Of a stretch of DNA of 42,516 nt, positions 1 through 9,148 are shown piece after piece; position 1 is the first letter of the stretch; each line of letters starts with the position of its first letter. The DNA comes from a virus. Below the pieces are notes generated by a model, which saw only the letters and a list, made by a program, of their open reading frames with translations, did no database searches and was not told where the DNA came from. Both the position numbers and the translations under genes were made by a program. Where the stretch lies: UHGV virus genome UHGV-0390922. The stretch is one strand, 5' to 3'.

Positions 1-117
1 CAGCAGGCCAGAGCAGAAATCGTTACTGTAAGTTCACAAGAATCCATGATATCACCTCAGGATAGTATATGTGTTGATATCATGGATAGAACAAATTTAG
101 CCTTTGGAGGAGAAAGA

Positions 118-294
118 TGAAAAACATAGATCGCATAAAAAGCATGAGCGAAGAAGAACTGACGGAATTATTTCATGAAATTCCATTCGATTGTGCGGAA
201 AGATGTCCTGATTTTGGGAATGGCTGCCTTGGAACGTGTACGCATGATGCTGGCCGGGATTTTATACGTGACTGGCTGAATGAAGAAAATTAAG
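118..294 (+). CDS. small Cys-rich hypothetical protein (58 aa)
   Basis: ATG at 118 preceded by GGAGGAG; open frame to TAA at 294; four Cys in the C-terminal half (CAERCPDFGNGCLGTC). Below the 60-aa cutoff of the ORF track. Confidence 0.35.
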
Positions 295-310
295 AATTTT
301 GGAGAATAAG

Positions 311-1051
311 ATGTTGACACATTTAAGTTTGTTCTCCGGCATTGGGGGTCTGGATCTGGCGGTAGAATGGGCCGGAATACAGACGGTGGGCCAGTGTGAA
401 TGGGCGGACTATCCTACAAAGGTGCTTGAAAAGCACTGGCCCGATATACCCCGCTGGAGAGATATAAGGACATTAACGGGAGAAAGTTTCTATGAACGTA
501 CAGGATTACATACAGTTGACATTATTTCAGGAGGATTCCCCTGCCAGCCATTCTCCGTTGCCGGGAAGCGGCGAGGCAAGGAGGATGACCGCTACCTCTG
601 GCCGGAAATGCTTAGAGTTATCGAAGAACTCAGGCCCTCTTGGGTTGTTGGAGAAAATGTTGCTGGAATCGTCAGAATGGCACTCGATAATGTGCTTTCT
701 GACTTGGAAAGCCAAGGTTACACCGCAAGGACGTTTGTACTACCAGCTGCAGGTGTCGGAGCCATGCACAGGAGATATCGGACAGCGATTGTTGCCTACA
801 CTGACTGCATCAGAGTGGAAAGGTGTGGCAAAAAACAGATATTGGGGGAGCCATGCATACCGTTCAGACAAATTAGCGAGCCGTTTCAGGAGGCAGAGCG
901 GGGATATGACACATATCAATCCAGACTATGCCGAAGTTTATATGGGATTTCCCAAGGGGTGGACCGTGTTAGAGCATTAGGCAATGCCGTGGTGCCGCAG
1001 CAGTTCTACCCAATATTTCGGGCGATTACTGACATTGAGAGTAATATTTAA
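311..1051 (+). CDS. DNA (cytosine-5)-methyltransferase, apparently frameshifted
   Basis: Motifs in the main frame: I (FSGIGG), IV (GFPCQPFS), VI (ENV), VIII-like (QGY..RRYR..IVA) and X (GNAV). The TRD (TLTA..KG) and motif IX (YMGFPKGW) lie in the overlapping alternate frame 492..980. ATG at 311 follows GGAG. A likelier start than the TTG at 299. Confidence 0.65.
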   Translation: MLTHLSLFSGIGGLDLAVEWAGIQTVGQCEWADYPTKVLEKHWPDIPRWRDIRTLTGESFYERTGLHTVDIISGGFPCQPFSVAGKRRGKEDDRYLWPEMLRVIEELRPSWVVGENVAGIVRMALDNVLSDLESQGYTARTFVLPAAGVGAMHRRYRTAIVAYTDCIRVERCGKKQILGEPCIPFRQISEPFQEAERGYDTYQSRLCRSLYGISQGVDRVRALGNAVVPQQFYPIFRAITDIESNI

Positions 1052-1121
1052 AATTGAGATTTGAGAAAGGAGACCGGAGCGGTGGCCACCGTAATGGGAT
1101 ATCCCGGCTCTTTCTGGAAAA

Positions 1122-1970
1122 ATGAAATACACAAAAAAAGTAAAATGTGAGATATACAGAGACAATATGCAGAATTACAAAAAATATGCAATCCCTCCAG
1201 CGCAGCTGATTATTGCGGATGTACCGTATAACGTAGGAAATAACTTTTATGGATCGAATCCAATGTGGTACAAAGGAGGGGATAACAGGAACGGGGAAAG
1301 CAAACTGGCGGGTAAGGCGGCATTTAACTCGGACTTCAATTTCAATCTTTTTGAGTATTTCCACTTTTGCTCAAAGATGTTAAAAAAAGATGATGTGAAA
1401 CCGGTGCAGCGTGGCCGCAGCAGTGATAGCCCATGCATGATCGTATTTTGCAGTTTTGAGCAGATCCAGACATTGATTAAGGCAGCAGAAAAACATGGTT
1501 TTGTAAATTACATACCATTGGTTTTCTGTAAGAATTACAGCCCGCAGGTGTTAAAAGCAAATATGCGGATCGTAGGAGCGACAGAATATGCCCTTGTGCT
1601 GTACCGAGACCGGCTGCCAAAATTCAGAAACGGCGTGAGGACGGACGAGAACGGAAAGACGATTCCTGGAACAGGGCATATGGTGTTTAACTGGTTCCGC
1701 TGGGAGAGGGATGGGAAAGACATTCCGAAAATCCACCCGGCACAAAAGCCGGTAAAAGTGTTGAAAAATCTGATAGAAGTCTTTACAGATCCGGGAGATG
1801 TTGTGATTGACCCCTGTGCAGGAAGTGGAAGTACATTACGCGCGGCGTATGAGTTAGGGCGAAGTGCATATGGTTTTGAGATTGACCGTACTTTTTATCG
1901 AAGGGCAAAGGCTGAAATGCTGGCCTGGGAGCCAGCTGATCAGATCAGTATGTTTGATACGGTAAATTGA
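1122..1970 (+). CDS. beta-class DNA methyltransferase (N6-adenine or N4-cytosine)
   Basis: Motif IV-like (IIADVPYN) lies N-terminal. Motif I (HPAQKPVKVL...VIDPCAGSGST...GFEID) lies C-terminal. This is the beta-class permutation. Confidence 0.75.
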   Translation: MKYTKKVKCEIYRDNMQNYKKYAIPPAQLIIADVPYNVGNNFYGSNPMWYKGGDNRNGESKLAGKAAFNSDFNFNLFEYFHFCSKMLKKDDVKPVQRGRSSDSPCMIVFCSFEQIQTLIKAAEKHGFVNYIPLVFCKNYSPQVLKANMRIVGATEYALVLYRDRLPKFRNGVRTDENGKTIPGTGHMVFNWFRWERDGKDIPKIHPAQKPVKVLKNLIEVFTDPGDVVIDPCAGSGSTLRAAYELGRSAYGFEIDRTFYRRAKAEMLAWEPADQISMFDTVN

Positions 1971-2098
1971 GATTTGATGGAGGCGTAAGATGGAGACAAG
2001 TATTTTTGAGCGTGGTGGGAAGACATGGACAAGATTTAAGGTCAAAGTTAAAGAATTGCGGATATATGCTAAATTAAGGTTTAGCGGAGGCGTGAAAA

Positions 2099-2287
2099 AT
2101 GGGAGAACAACTTAAGCTATGTCCGTTCTGCGGCGGAGAAGCAATACTGAAAATTAGCCAAGGATTTAATAAAGAGGTTATTTCAGCTTTTGTGTATTGC
2201 GAGGAATGTGGAGTTGCGACACGGAGCTACCAATTAGAGAAAACAGCAATAGGAGCATGGAACAGGAGAGCGTATGAACAAAACTGA
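2099..2287 (+). CDS. Lar-family restriction alleviation protein
   Basis: 62 aa, CPFCGG...CEECG zinc-ribbon, C-terminal AWNRR. GGAGG RBS 8 nt upstream. Confidence 0.65.
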   Translation: MGEQLKLCPFCGGEAILKISQGFNKEVISAFVYCEECGVATRSYQLEKTAIGAWNRRAYEQN

Positions 2288-2519
2288 CAATTAAGAATTT
2301 GGGGAGGAATTGACCCTGAGCGAAGAAGTGATAGGAATAAAGGAATGCAGAGATTTACGGATGTATATTCATGAGTTTACAAAAGGCTGTGTTCTGACAA
2401 AAGGTGAATATCGGGACATTATGATTGTCCTGGGAAGGGCGGCCGATCGATTGGAGAAGTCAGGACAGGTAATTCCTGAAAACTGACATTTGAAAGAGAT
2501 AGAGGAGGAGCAGAAATCA

Positions 2520-2672
2520 TGATCATGTGGCAGTACACAAACGACCCTAATGATATCAATACAGCGATTCTGGAGAAGGACAGTAATTGGGAAGGTATAA
2601 CAAGTGAAAATATCATCTCCATAACCTTTGATACGAGTCATATGTGCTATGTTGTATTTTGGAGAGTATGAA
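2520..2672 (+). CDS. hypothetical small protein (50 aa)
   Basis: GGAGGAG RBS 8 nt before ATG at 2520. No recognisable motif. Confidence 0.3.
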
Positions 2673-2712
2673 TGGCAAAGTAACTAATCTGACATTTGAG
2701 AGGTGAGAAATA

Positions 2713-2934
2713 GTGCATGATTTTATAAGATATTCAGAGATAGATGAAAACAAAATATTGCCATGTCCATTCTGTGGAGGCCGCGCTGTCTTAATAAAAA
2801 CGTATTGTAAAGATACAAAATACATAGGGTATCACATATTTCACGGGAATTGCTCTCTGGCGGGTGCCCTGAGGACGAGCAGTTTTAATACACCGGAAGA
2901 GGCAATTAAAAAGTGGAATAAAAGGATGGGATAG
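2713..2934 (+). CDS. Lar-family restriction alleviation protein (second paralogue)
   Basis: 73 aa, LPCPFCGG motif, C-terminal KKWNKR. GTG start with GAGGTGA RBS. Confidence 0.6.
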   Translation: MHDFIRYSEIDENKILPCPFCGGRAVLIKTYCKDTKYIGYHIFHGNCSLAGALRTSSFNTPEEAIKKWNKRMG

Positions 2935-3188
2935 TCATGTGGCAGAAGAAAAATCCATACCTGGAATACGCCATAGCCCTGCTGCGGGGCCAGAAAGAAG
3001 GGATACATAATGGGGATTGTAAAAACGGAGGCCCAAAGGAAGGCGAACCGGCTGCGGAGAGAGCGGGCAGTAGCGGCCAGTGACGCAGAGGCGATCCGTG
3101 GGCCGAGGCTGGATGAGTGGTCAGCCCGGATGCCGGCCTATGCGTATACGTCATTATGCCCGGATGAGAGATACAGGAGGTGATACCG

Positions 3189-3596
3189 TTGGAAATGACA
3201 ATAAAGCGCTTGGAAAGCTACAAGAGACTGATGCAGGAAATTGCGATCCTGAGGTGGGAACTGAATGAAATGAATACAACAGATGCAGGGCTGGGGAGCA
3301 GCGTCATAAAAGACTATAGTAAGGGCTTTGAACGTCCGCAGGCAGTGGTGGGCTTTGATGATGAACGATATAGAAGAAAGCGCCGGCTTCTGGATCAGAA
3401 AGAGGCAGAAGCAGAAGAAATTAGAAAGTGGGTTGAGGCAATCGAGGATACGGCTACCAGGAAAGTATTTGAATATTTCTATCTGGATGGGCTGCCATGG
3501 AAAGAGGTTGCAAAAAGACTGGGGTATCGGGATAACCCAGACTATCCGAGGTTACATATCCGAGATAAGTATCTAAAAAGTTGTGGAATTAAGTAA
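3189..3596 (+). CDS. RinA/ArpU-like phage late transcriptional regulator (sigma-70 region 4-like HTH)
   Basis: About 135 aa. C-terminal LDGLPWKEVAKRLGY HTH-like segment. Sits directly upstream of the terminase small subunit, the typical position for this family. Start ambiguous (TTG 3189 or ATG 3195) after AGGAGGTGA. Confidence 0.45.
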   Translation: MEMTIKRLESYKRLMQEIAILRWELNEMNTTDAGLGSSVIKDYSKGFERPQAVVGFDDERYRRKRRLLDQKEAEAEEIRKWVEAIEDTATRKVFEYFYLDGLPWKEVAKRLGYRDNPDYPRLHIRDKYLKSCGIK

Positions 3597-3763
3597 AAAA
3601 GGTCGTTTATGTCGGAAAAGTCGTTTTATAATAAAATCCGAAGCCAAAGGCATACAGCCGACGGCTTGCACTTAGCCCCAGTCGGCCGCCGGGTGTCACA
3701 GCCCCGCGGCCGAATCGTCTGGCTCTGGATTCCGGCCCAGGGCTGGACGTCCCCTTTTTCCTT

Positions 3764-3835
3764 TGTGGGATAGCTCAGCGGAAGAGCGACGGCCTTACAA
3801 GCCGCAGGTCACTGGTTCGATTTCGGTTCCCACGA
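3764..3835 (+). tRNA. tRNA-Val (anticodon TAC), phage-encoded, slightly atypical
   Basis: Hand-folded cloverleaf: 7-bp acceptor stem (U1.G72 wobble), U8, D-arm GCTC/AGCGGAA/GAGC with G18G19, anticodon loop CTTACAA (U33, A37), T-arm ACTGG/TTCGATT/TCGGT with a G53.U61 wobble. Discriminator A, no encoded CCA. Confidence 0.55.
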
Positions 3836-3963
3836 TTCAGTTTCATTTTTTCATGCGTTATTCTCCTTTGTATGGGTCCCTGCTTCGGCGGGGGCTCTCT
3901 TTTTGTCAACATATTGTGGATAATGTGTGGATAAATACAAGATATTGATTGGAGGTGAGCCTG

Positions 3964-4485
3964 ATGGCAACAGGAAAGACGGTCGGAAGGCCGCCTAAAT
4001 ACGAAAGTAAAGAACAGATTGAGGAACTGATCGAACAGTATTTTGAAGCCTGTGAAGGGAAAATACTGAAAGATAGTGAAGGAGATCCGGTTTTTAATAA
4101 ATTTGGACAACCGGTTATCGTGAACCAGAGACCACCAACGGTTACCGGTTTAGCACTTGCACTGGGGTTTTCAAGCAGGCAGGCACTGCTTAACTACCAA
4201 GGCAAAAAAGAATTTAATGACACGATAACGCGTGCGAAGTCTCGTATTGAGCAATACGCAGAGGAAAGGCTGTTTGACCGCGACGGATCCAACGGGGCAA
4301 AGTTCAGTCTGAGCAATAACTTCTCCGGATGGGGTGAGAAGCCTCCATCTGATCTTGATGAGGAAGAGCAGAGAGCCCGCATAGCCCAGATCAAAGCCCA
4401 GACGGATAAGCTGAAAGGGACAGACAATGACGCAGAGCTGAGTCGCCTGGATGAGGTTCTGAGTGGGATCAAAGGGGTTGTGTGA
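3964..4485 (+). CDS. terminase small subunit
   Basis: N-terminal GRPPKY HTH-like motif typical of TerS. GGAGGTGA RBS. Immediately precedes and overlaps the TerL start. Confidence 0.6.
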   Translation: MATGKTVGRPPKYESKEQIEELIEQYFEACEGKILKDSEGDPVFNKFGQPVIVNQRPPTVTGLALALGFSSRQALLNYQGKKEFNDTITRAKSRIEQYAEERLFDRDGSNGAKFSLSNNFSGWGEKPPSDLDEEEQRARIAQIKAQTDKLKGTDNDAELSRLDEVLSGIKGVV

Positions 4486-4486
4486 T

Positions 4487-5743
4487 ATGCCATTTTCCGA
4501 TAAGCAGCAGGAGTTTTTCCAGAACGCAAACCACCGCTGGAATATCAAGGTAGGCGCTACACGTTCTGGAAAGACTTATATGGACTATTATGTAATTCCC
4601 AAGAGAATCCGTGCCAGAGTCGGAAAAGAGGGCCTGGTGGCAATTCTGGGCGTGTCTAAGGGCACGATCCAGCGTAACATCATCGAACCATTACAACGAA
4701 TCTGGGGTACAAATCTTGTGGGAGATATCAATTCCCAGAACATTTGCCCGATGTTTGGCGAGGATGTTTACTGCCTCGGGGCCGAAAAGGTCAGTCAGGT
4801 ATCTAAGATCCGGGGATCTTCACTGAAATACTGCTATGGTGATGAGGTGGTGGATTGGAACCAGGACGTATTTAATATGCTTAAATCCCGTCTTGATAAG
4901 CCATATTCCTGTTTTGATGGGGCGTGCAACCCGGATGCCCCGCAGCACTGGTTTAAGCAGTTTCTGGATTCAGACGCTGATATTTACTGCCAGAAGTATG
5001 AACTTTTTGACAATCCATTTGTAAGCCCTGTATTTGTGGATGAGCTTTGTAAGGAGTACAAAGGGACGGTCCTATATGACCGGTACATCCGTGGGCTGTG
5101 GGTTGCGGCAGAAGGATCTGTGTATAAGCTGATGTGCGACGCAGTATCCAGTGGAGGGGTTAATCCCTTTGCAATCTATGAAAAGCCTAAGAGTATCATG
5201 CAGATCAATATCGGCGTCGACTTTGGCGGTTCCGGCTCCGGCCACGCATTTGTGGCTACAGCATATTCCAGGGCTTACCACAGTATTACCGCCCTTGCCA
5301 GTGAGCGCCATATGAGCAAAAACGGAAGCATTGACCCGGATAAGCTGGGGAATCTGTTCGTAGACTTCTGTCTGAAGATCATTAACCTATACGGCTTCAT
5401 TACTGCTGTTTACTGCGACAGTGCAGAGCAGACGCTGATTGCAGGACTGAGGACGGCTGTCAGGAAGTCGGGGTTTGGATGGATCCGGATCGAGAACGCA
5501 CTTAAGACAACAATCAATGACCGGATACGTTTTACGCAGCGGATGCTCAGCCAGCACCGCTTTTCTTACATGAAAGATCAGTGCCAGACGCTGGAGGATG
5601 CCCTTACTACTGCACTGTGGGATGAGAAAAAGAGTCTTGTGGAAGATGTGAGGCTGGATGATGGTACCAGTGATATAGATACACTGGACGCGTTTGAGTA
5701 CACATTTGAGCGGGATATCAGCCGGTTTATCCGGTATGAATAG
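4487..5743 (+). CDS. terminase large subunit (PBSX/XtmB-like)
   Basis: Walker A GATRSGKT near the N-terminus. Start ATG overlaps the TerS stop. About 419 aa. Confidence 0.85.
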   Translation: MPFSDKQQEFFQNANHRWNIKVGATRSGKTYMDYYVIPKRIRARVGKEGLVAILGVSKGTIQRNIIEPLQRIWGTNLVGDINSQNICPMFGEDVYCLGAEKVSQVSKIRGSSLKYCYGDEVVDWNQDVFNMLKSRLDKPYSCFDGACNPDAPQHWFKQFLDSDADIYCQKYELFDNPFVSPVFVDELCKEYKGTVLYDRYIRGLWVAAEGSVYKLMCDAVSSGGVNPFAIYEKPKSIMQINIGVDFGGSGSGHAFVATAYSRAYHSITALASERHMSKNGSIDPDKLGNLFVDFCLKIINLYGFITAVYCDSAEQTLIAGLRTAVRKSGFGWIRIENALKTTINDRIRFTQRMLSQHRFSYMKDQCQTLEDALTTALWDEKKSLVEDVRLDDGTSDIDTLDAFEYTFERDISRFIRYE

Positions 5744-5754
5744 AGGTGATGAGG

Positions 5755-7134
5755 ATGAAATTTTCAAAAATGCTGACAGCGATCACAGAGATATTGAATC
5801 AGAATTCCGACACGCAGATAGATGTATGCCTGACTTCTCAAATGGCCTCTGCGATTGAGTTATGGACAGCCATGTACGAGAATCATGCTCCCTGGGTAGA
5901 CCGGGAAACAGTCAAGAGCGCACAGATACCGGCAGCTATCGCCTCAGAGATTGCAAGATTGGTGACATTGGAGATGCAGTCGGAGATAACCGGCGGCGCG
6001 GCGGCTGAATATCTGAACCAGGAGTACCAGAAAAAGGTGCTGGCTGATCTGCGGCGCTATGTGGAATACGGGTGCGCAAAGGGCGGCCTGATTCTTAAAC
6101 CGTATATGACTAAAACAGGGCTTGCAATCCAGTATGTGCAGGCAGACAGCTTTTTCCCGCTGTCGTTCGATGATTCGGGCCGGATCATGCAATGCGTGTT
6201 TACGGAACAGTTCCGAAAAGGAAAGAAGATATATACCCGGCTGGAAGTACATACGCTGCAGAATGATGTAATCCACATTACAAACAGGGCTTTCGTGGCT
6301 ACCAACGATTACAGCCTGGGAACAGAGCTCGAGGTCAGCAGCGTGGATCGCTGGTCTGAATTGGTGCCGGAGATATCGCTTGCGGGATCGGACAGGCTCC
6401 TGTTTGGGTATTTCAAGGTACCTATGGCAAATGCGGAGGACACAGACAGCCCGTTGGGGGTATCGGTATATTCCAGAGCAGACGAGCTGGTAGCGGAAGC
6501 GGACCGGAGGTACTCAAATATCTGCTGGGAGTATGAGGGCACGCAGCTTGCGGTTCATATTGCTGAGAGTATGCTGAAATACAACAAGGACAGGGATAAG
6601 TTTGAATATCCGGGAGGAAAAAAACGATTATATCGGGAGTTGAACTACGAGACAGGAGCCACAGACAAGCCGCTTATTGATACATTTTCTCCCGGAATTC
6701 GAGATACCGCCCTGTTTAACGGATTCAATGCCCAGCTGCGGCTGATTGAGTTTGTCTGCAATCTGGCATATGGCACCCTGTCAGATCCCCAGAATGTGGA
6801 TAAGACGGCCACAGAGATCAAGGTCAGCAAACAGCGGTCCTATACATTCGTATCTGACACGCAGATGGCTTTACAGCGAGCTCTGGAAGATCTGGTGTAC
6901 GCAATGAACTTCTGGGCGGTGCTGTATGGCCTGATCCCTCCGGGAAATGATTATCAGGTATCCTTTGTTTGGGATGACAGTATCATCGTGGATGCGGAAA
7001 CGGAGCGGCAGACAGATCGGCAGGATGTGGCTATGGGCGTAATGTCATTGGCTGAGTACCGCAGTAAGTGGTACGGGGAGACGCTGGAAGAGGCGGCAAA
7101 AAATCTGCCGGAACCAGCATTGACAGAGGAGTGA
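5755..7134 (+). CDS. portal protein
   Basis: About 460 aa, immediately downstream of TerL. Size and position fit an SPP1-like portal. Confidence 0.65.
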   Translation: MKFSKMLTAITEILNQNSDTQIDVCLTSQMASAIELWTAMYENHAPWVDRETVKSAQIPAAIASEIARLVTLEMQSEITGGAAAEYLNQEYQKKVLADLRRYVEYGCAKGGLILKPYMTKTGLAIQYVQADSFFPLSFDDSGRIMQCVFTEQFRKGKKIYTRLEVHTLQNDVIHITNRAFVATNDYSLGTELEVSSVDRWSELVPEISLAGSDRLLFGYFKVPMANAEDTDSPLGVSVYSRADELVAEADRRYSNICWEYEGTQLAVHIAESMLKYNKDRDKFEYPGGKKRLYRELNYETGATDKPLIDTFSPGIRDTALFNGFNAQLRLIEFVCNLAYGTLSDPQNVDKTATEIKVSKQRSYTFVSDTQMALQRALEDLVYAMNFWAVLYGLIPPGNDYQVSFVWDDSIIVDAETERQTDRQDVAMGVMSLAEYRSKWYGETLEEAAKNLPEPALTEE

Positions 7135-7209
7135 GGATATGAAAAAAATCAATTACAGTGAGTGTCATTTTGAGTTTACCGTGCCGGACGGCACGGATAG
7201 GATGGTCGT

Positions 7210-9003
7210 ATGACACCTGAGGAACTGGAGAAGTTGCCAAAGCCATTAGAGCGTACCATGACGGCATTGGAATTATCGGTTATGTCTGAGATCATACAGC
7301 GGATCCGGGAAGTGGCTCAGATCACCCCAGTCGCTGATTGGCTGTTGATCCGTATGGATGCTATTGGTAAAAGCAGGAAAGAAATTAAGCGCCTGCTCCG
7401 GGATGGCGTTGGATCGGCGGGGCTTGAGATCGACCAGATCTATGATCAGGCAATCCAGTCCGATTACATCCGCAACAAGGAGATATACGAGGCTGCCGGA
7501 CAGGACTATGTGCCTTATGGGGATAATCAGTGGCTCCAGCAGGTAGCGGAGGCTGTCAGGGAACAGACCAAGGACACCCTAAGGCCTATGGAAAATATCA
7601 CAAAAACCACAGGTTTTAATGTGCATATGGGAGGCAGGAAAGTGTTTACCCCGCTTTCTGAGTATCTGGAGCGCAGTTTGGACAAGGCTATGCTGGGAAT
7701 TACCACAGGCACAAGGACATACAGTCAGGCGGTAGGAGAGGTTATTGACGAGATGACAGCCAGCGGCATACGAACGGTTGATTATGCATCCGGCAAATCG
7801 GATCGGATCGAAGTAGCCGCCCGCCGTGCAGTTATGACAGGAATCGCCCAGATGACGGACAAAGTAAACGAAAAGAACGCAAAAGAACTGGGGACGGATT
7901 ACTGGGAAGTGGACTGGCACATGGGGGCCAGAAACACAGGAACCGGGTATCTGAATCATCAGAGCTGGCAGGGAAGGGTTTATTCTTCTGAGGAGATGAG
8001 AACCGTCTGTGGACTGGGTGAAATGCTGGGATTTGCCGGGATTAACTGCTACCATATCCGCTTTCCATTTCTTCCAGGAATCAGCCAGAGAAAATATACA
8101 GATGAATGGCTGGAAGAGCAGAATCGGAAAGAAAACGAAAAAAGGCAATTTAAAGGGCGTGAATATGATACATATGGAGCCTTGCAGTATCAGAGACGCT
8201 TGGAGCGTACAATCCGAAAGCAGAAACAGGATATTAAGCTTTTAGTGGCGGCTAAGGCTGACCCGGATGATATTACAGCGGCTAAGGGCAGGCTGAGGCT
8301 GACGGATAAGACCTATGTGGAGTTTTCAAAGGAAATGGGGCTTAGGCAGCAGCGGGAACGGCTGAAAATTGGAAAAGATGTATCTGAGAGGGAAAAATCT
8401 TCTATTCAGATTGAAACAGAAAGTGCGAATATTGAAAATCTTCGTAAGGGTAGCAATATTGTTGATCTGAAAAAGATTGAATCCGATTTGTTCAGAAGTA
8501 AATTTACACAACTTACTGGAAATTCAGCAGTAAATGACGCTTTGCGGAAATATGCAAGAGCCATGCTTGTGCATAGAAACGGAAGCGATGGAGAAGATCT
8601 GTATATTATTAGTACCAAAAGCGGAAAAAGACTTTTTTCAAAAACAAATGGATCGAATAATTTGGGAGTAGAATTATCCAAAGAAGAAATTGAGGAAATC
8701 CAGAATTATGCCAGAACAGAGGGAATTATAGGGATGCATAACCATCCAACAAATGTATATCCTACAGGAGGGGATTTTGTTTCCGCTGGAGCAAGAGGAT
8801 ATGATTTTGGAGTGATAGTTACCCATGATGGAAGAGTGTTTCAGTATAAAGCTGGAGACAAACCATTCCGCAGTGAATATTTTAATAAGACTGTTGACAA
8901 ATATGTTTCGAGGCCATACACTTATGACATAGAAGAGGCGCAGTTGACAGCATTGAAAGAATTTGAGAAGGAGTTTGGAATCGAATGGAGGGAATTGAAA
9001 TAA
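7210..9003 (+). CDS. MuF/SPP1 gp7-like head morphogenesis protein with C-terminal RadC/JAB-like domain
   Basis: N-terminal about 300 aa follows the portal as the minor capsid/MuF gene usually does. C-terminal 130 aa contains HNHPTNVYPTGGD (H-x-H...S/T-x2-D, RadC-like JAB signature) with an upstream Glu. An AT-rich coiled-coil linker joins the two. Confidence 0.6.
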   Translation: MTPEELEKLPKPLERTMTALELSVMSEIIQRIREVAQITPVADWLLIRMDAIGKSRKEIKRLLRDGVGSAGLEIDQIYDQAIQSDYIRNKEIYEAAGQDYVPYGDNQWLQQVAEAVREQTKDTLRPMENITKTTGFNVHMGGRKVFTPLSEYLERSLDKAMLGITTGTRTYSQAVGEVIDEMTASGIRTVDYASGKSDRIEVAARRAVMTGIAQMTDKVNEKNAKELGTDYWEVDWHMGARNTGTGYLNHQSWQGRVYSSEEMRTVCGLGEMLGFAGINCYHIRFPFLPGISQRKYTDEWLEEQNRKENEKRQFKGREYDTYGALQYQRRLERTIRKQKQDIKLLVAAKADPDDITAAKGRLRLTDKTYVEFSKEMGLRQQRERLKIGKDVSEREKSSIQIETESANIENLRKGSNIVDLKKIESDLFRSKFTQLTGNSAVNDALRKYARAMLVHRNGSDGEDLYIISTKSGKRLFSKTNGSNNLGVELSKEEIEEIQNYARTEGIIGMHNHPTNVYPTGGDFVSAGARGYDFGVIVTHDGRVFQYKAGDKPFRSEYFNKTVDKYVSRPYTYDIEEAQLTALKEFEKEFGIEWRELK

Positions 9004-9112
9004 GAGGTAAGGATGTCATAGTCCATGAGGAAATGACGGAAGAGGAAAGAAATGCAGAATTAGAACGATTAAAAAAAGAAAGCGAAGCTTTAACCGAATG
9101 GGAAGAAGAGTA

Positions 9113-9148
9113 GATACCACCAGTCAGTAATGGCCGGTGGTTTTTTGT
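9113..9148 (+). terminator. rho-independent terminator after the MuF-JAB gene
   Basis: ACCACC...GGTGGT stem followed by TTTTTTG. Confidence 0.5.

Noticed and set aside
492-980. 162-aa + ORF overlapping the C5 MTase
   Set aside because: It is not an independent gene. Its conserved parts are the MTase TRD and motif IX read in a shifted frame (see the frameshift finding).
3080-3268. 62-aa Arg-rich ORF
   Set aside because: It overlaps the RBS and start of the ArpU-like gene in another frame. Its composition is typical of out-of-frame translation.
3741-3762. Intrinsic terminator GGACGTCC plus T-run upstream of the tRNA
   Set aside because: The palindrome has no loop and only 3-4 bp of usable stem. 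It is not convincing as a terminator. It is recorded as part of the structured leader instead.
8740-8780. HNH endonuclease in the MuF C-terminus
   Set aside because: The HNHP string is part of an H-x-H...T-x2-D JAB/RadC-like motif. There is no flanking Cys/His zinc-finger pattern of HNH nucleases.
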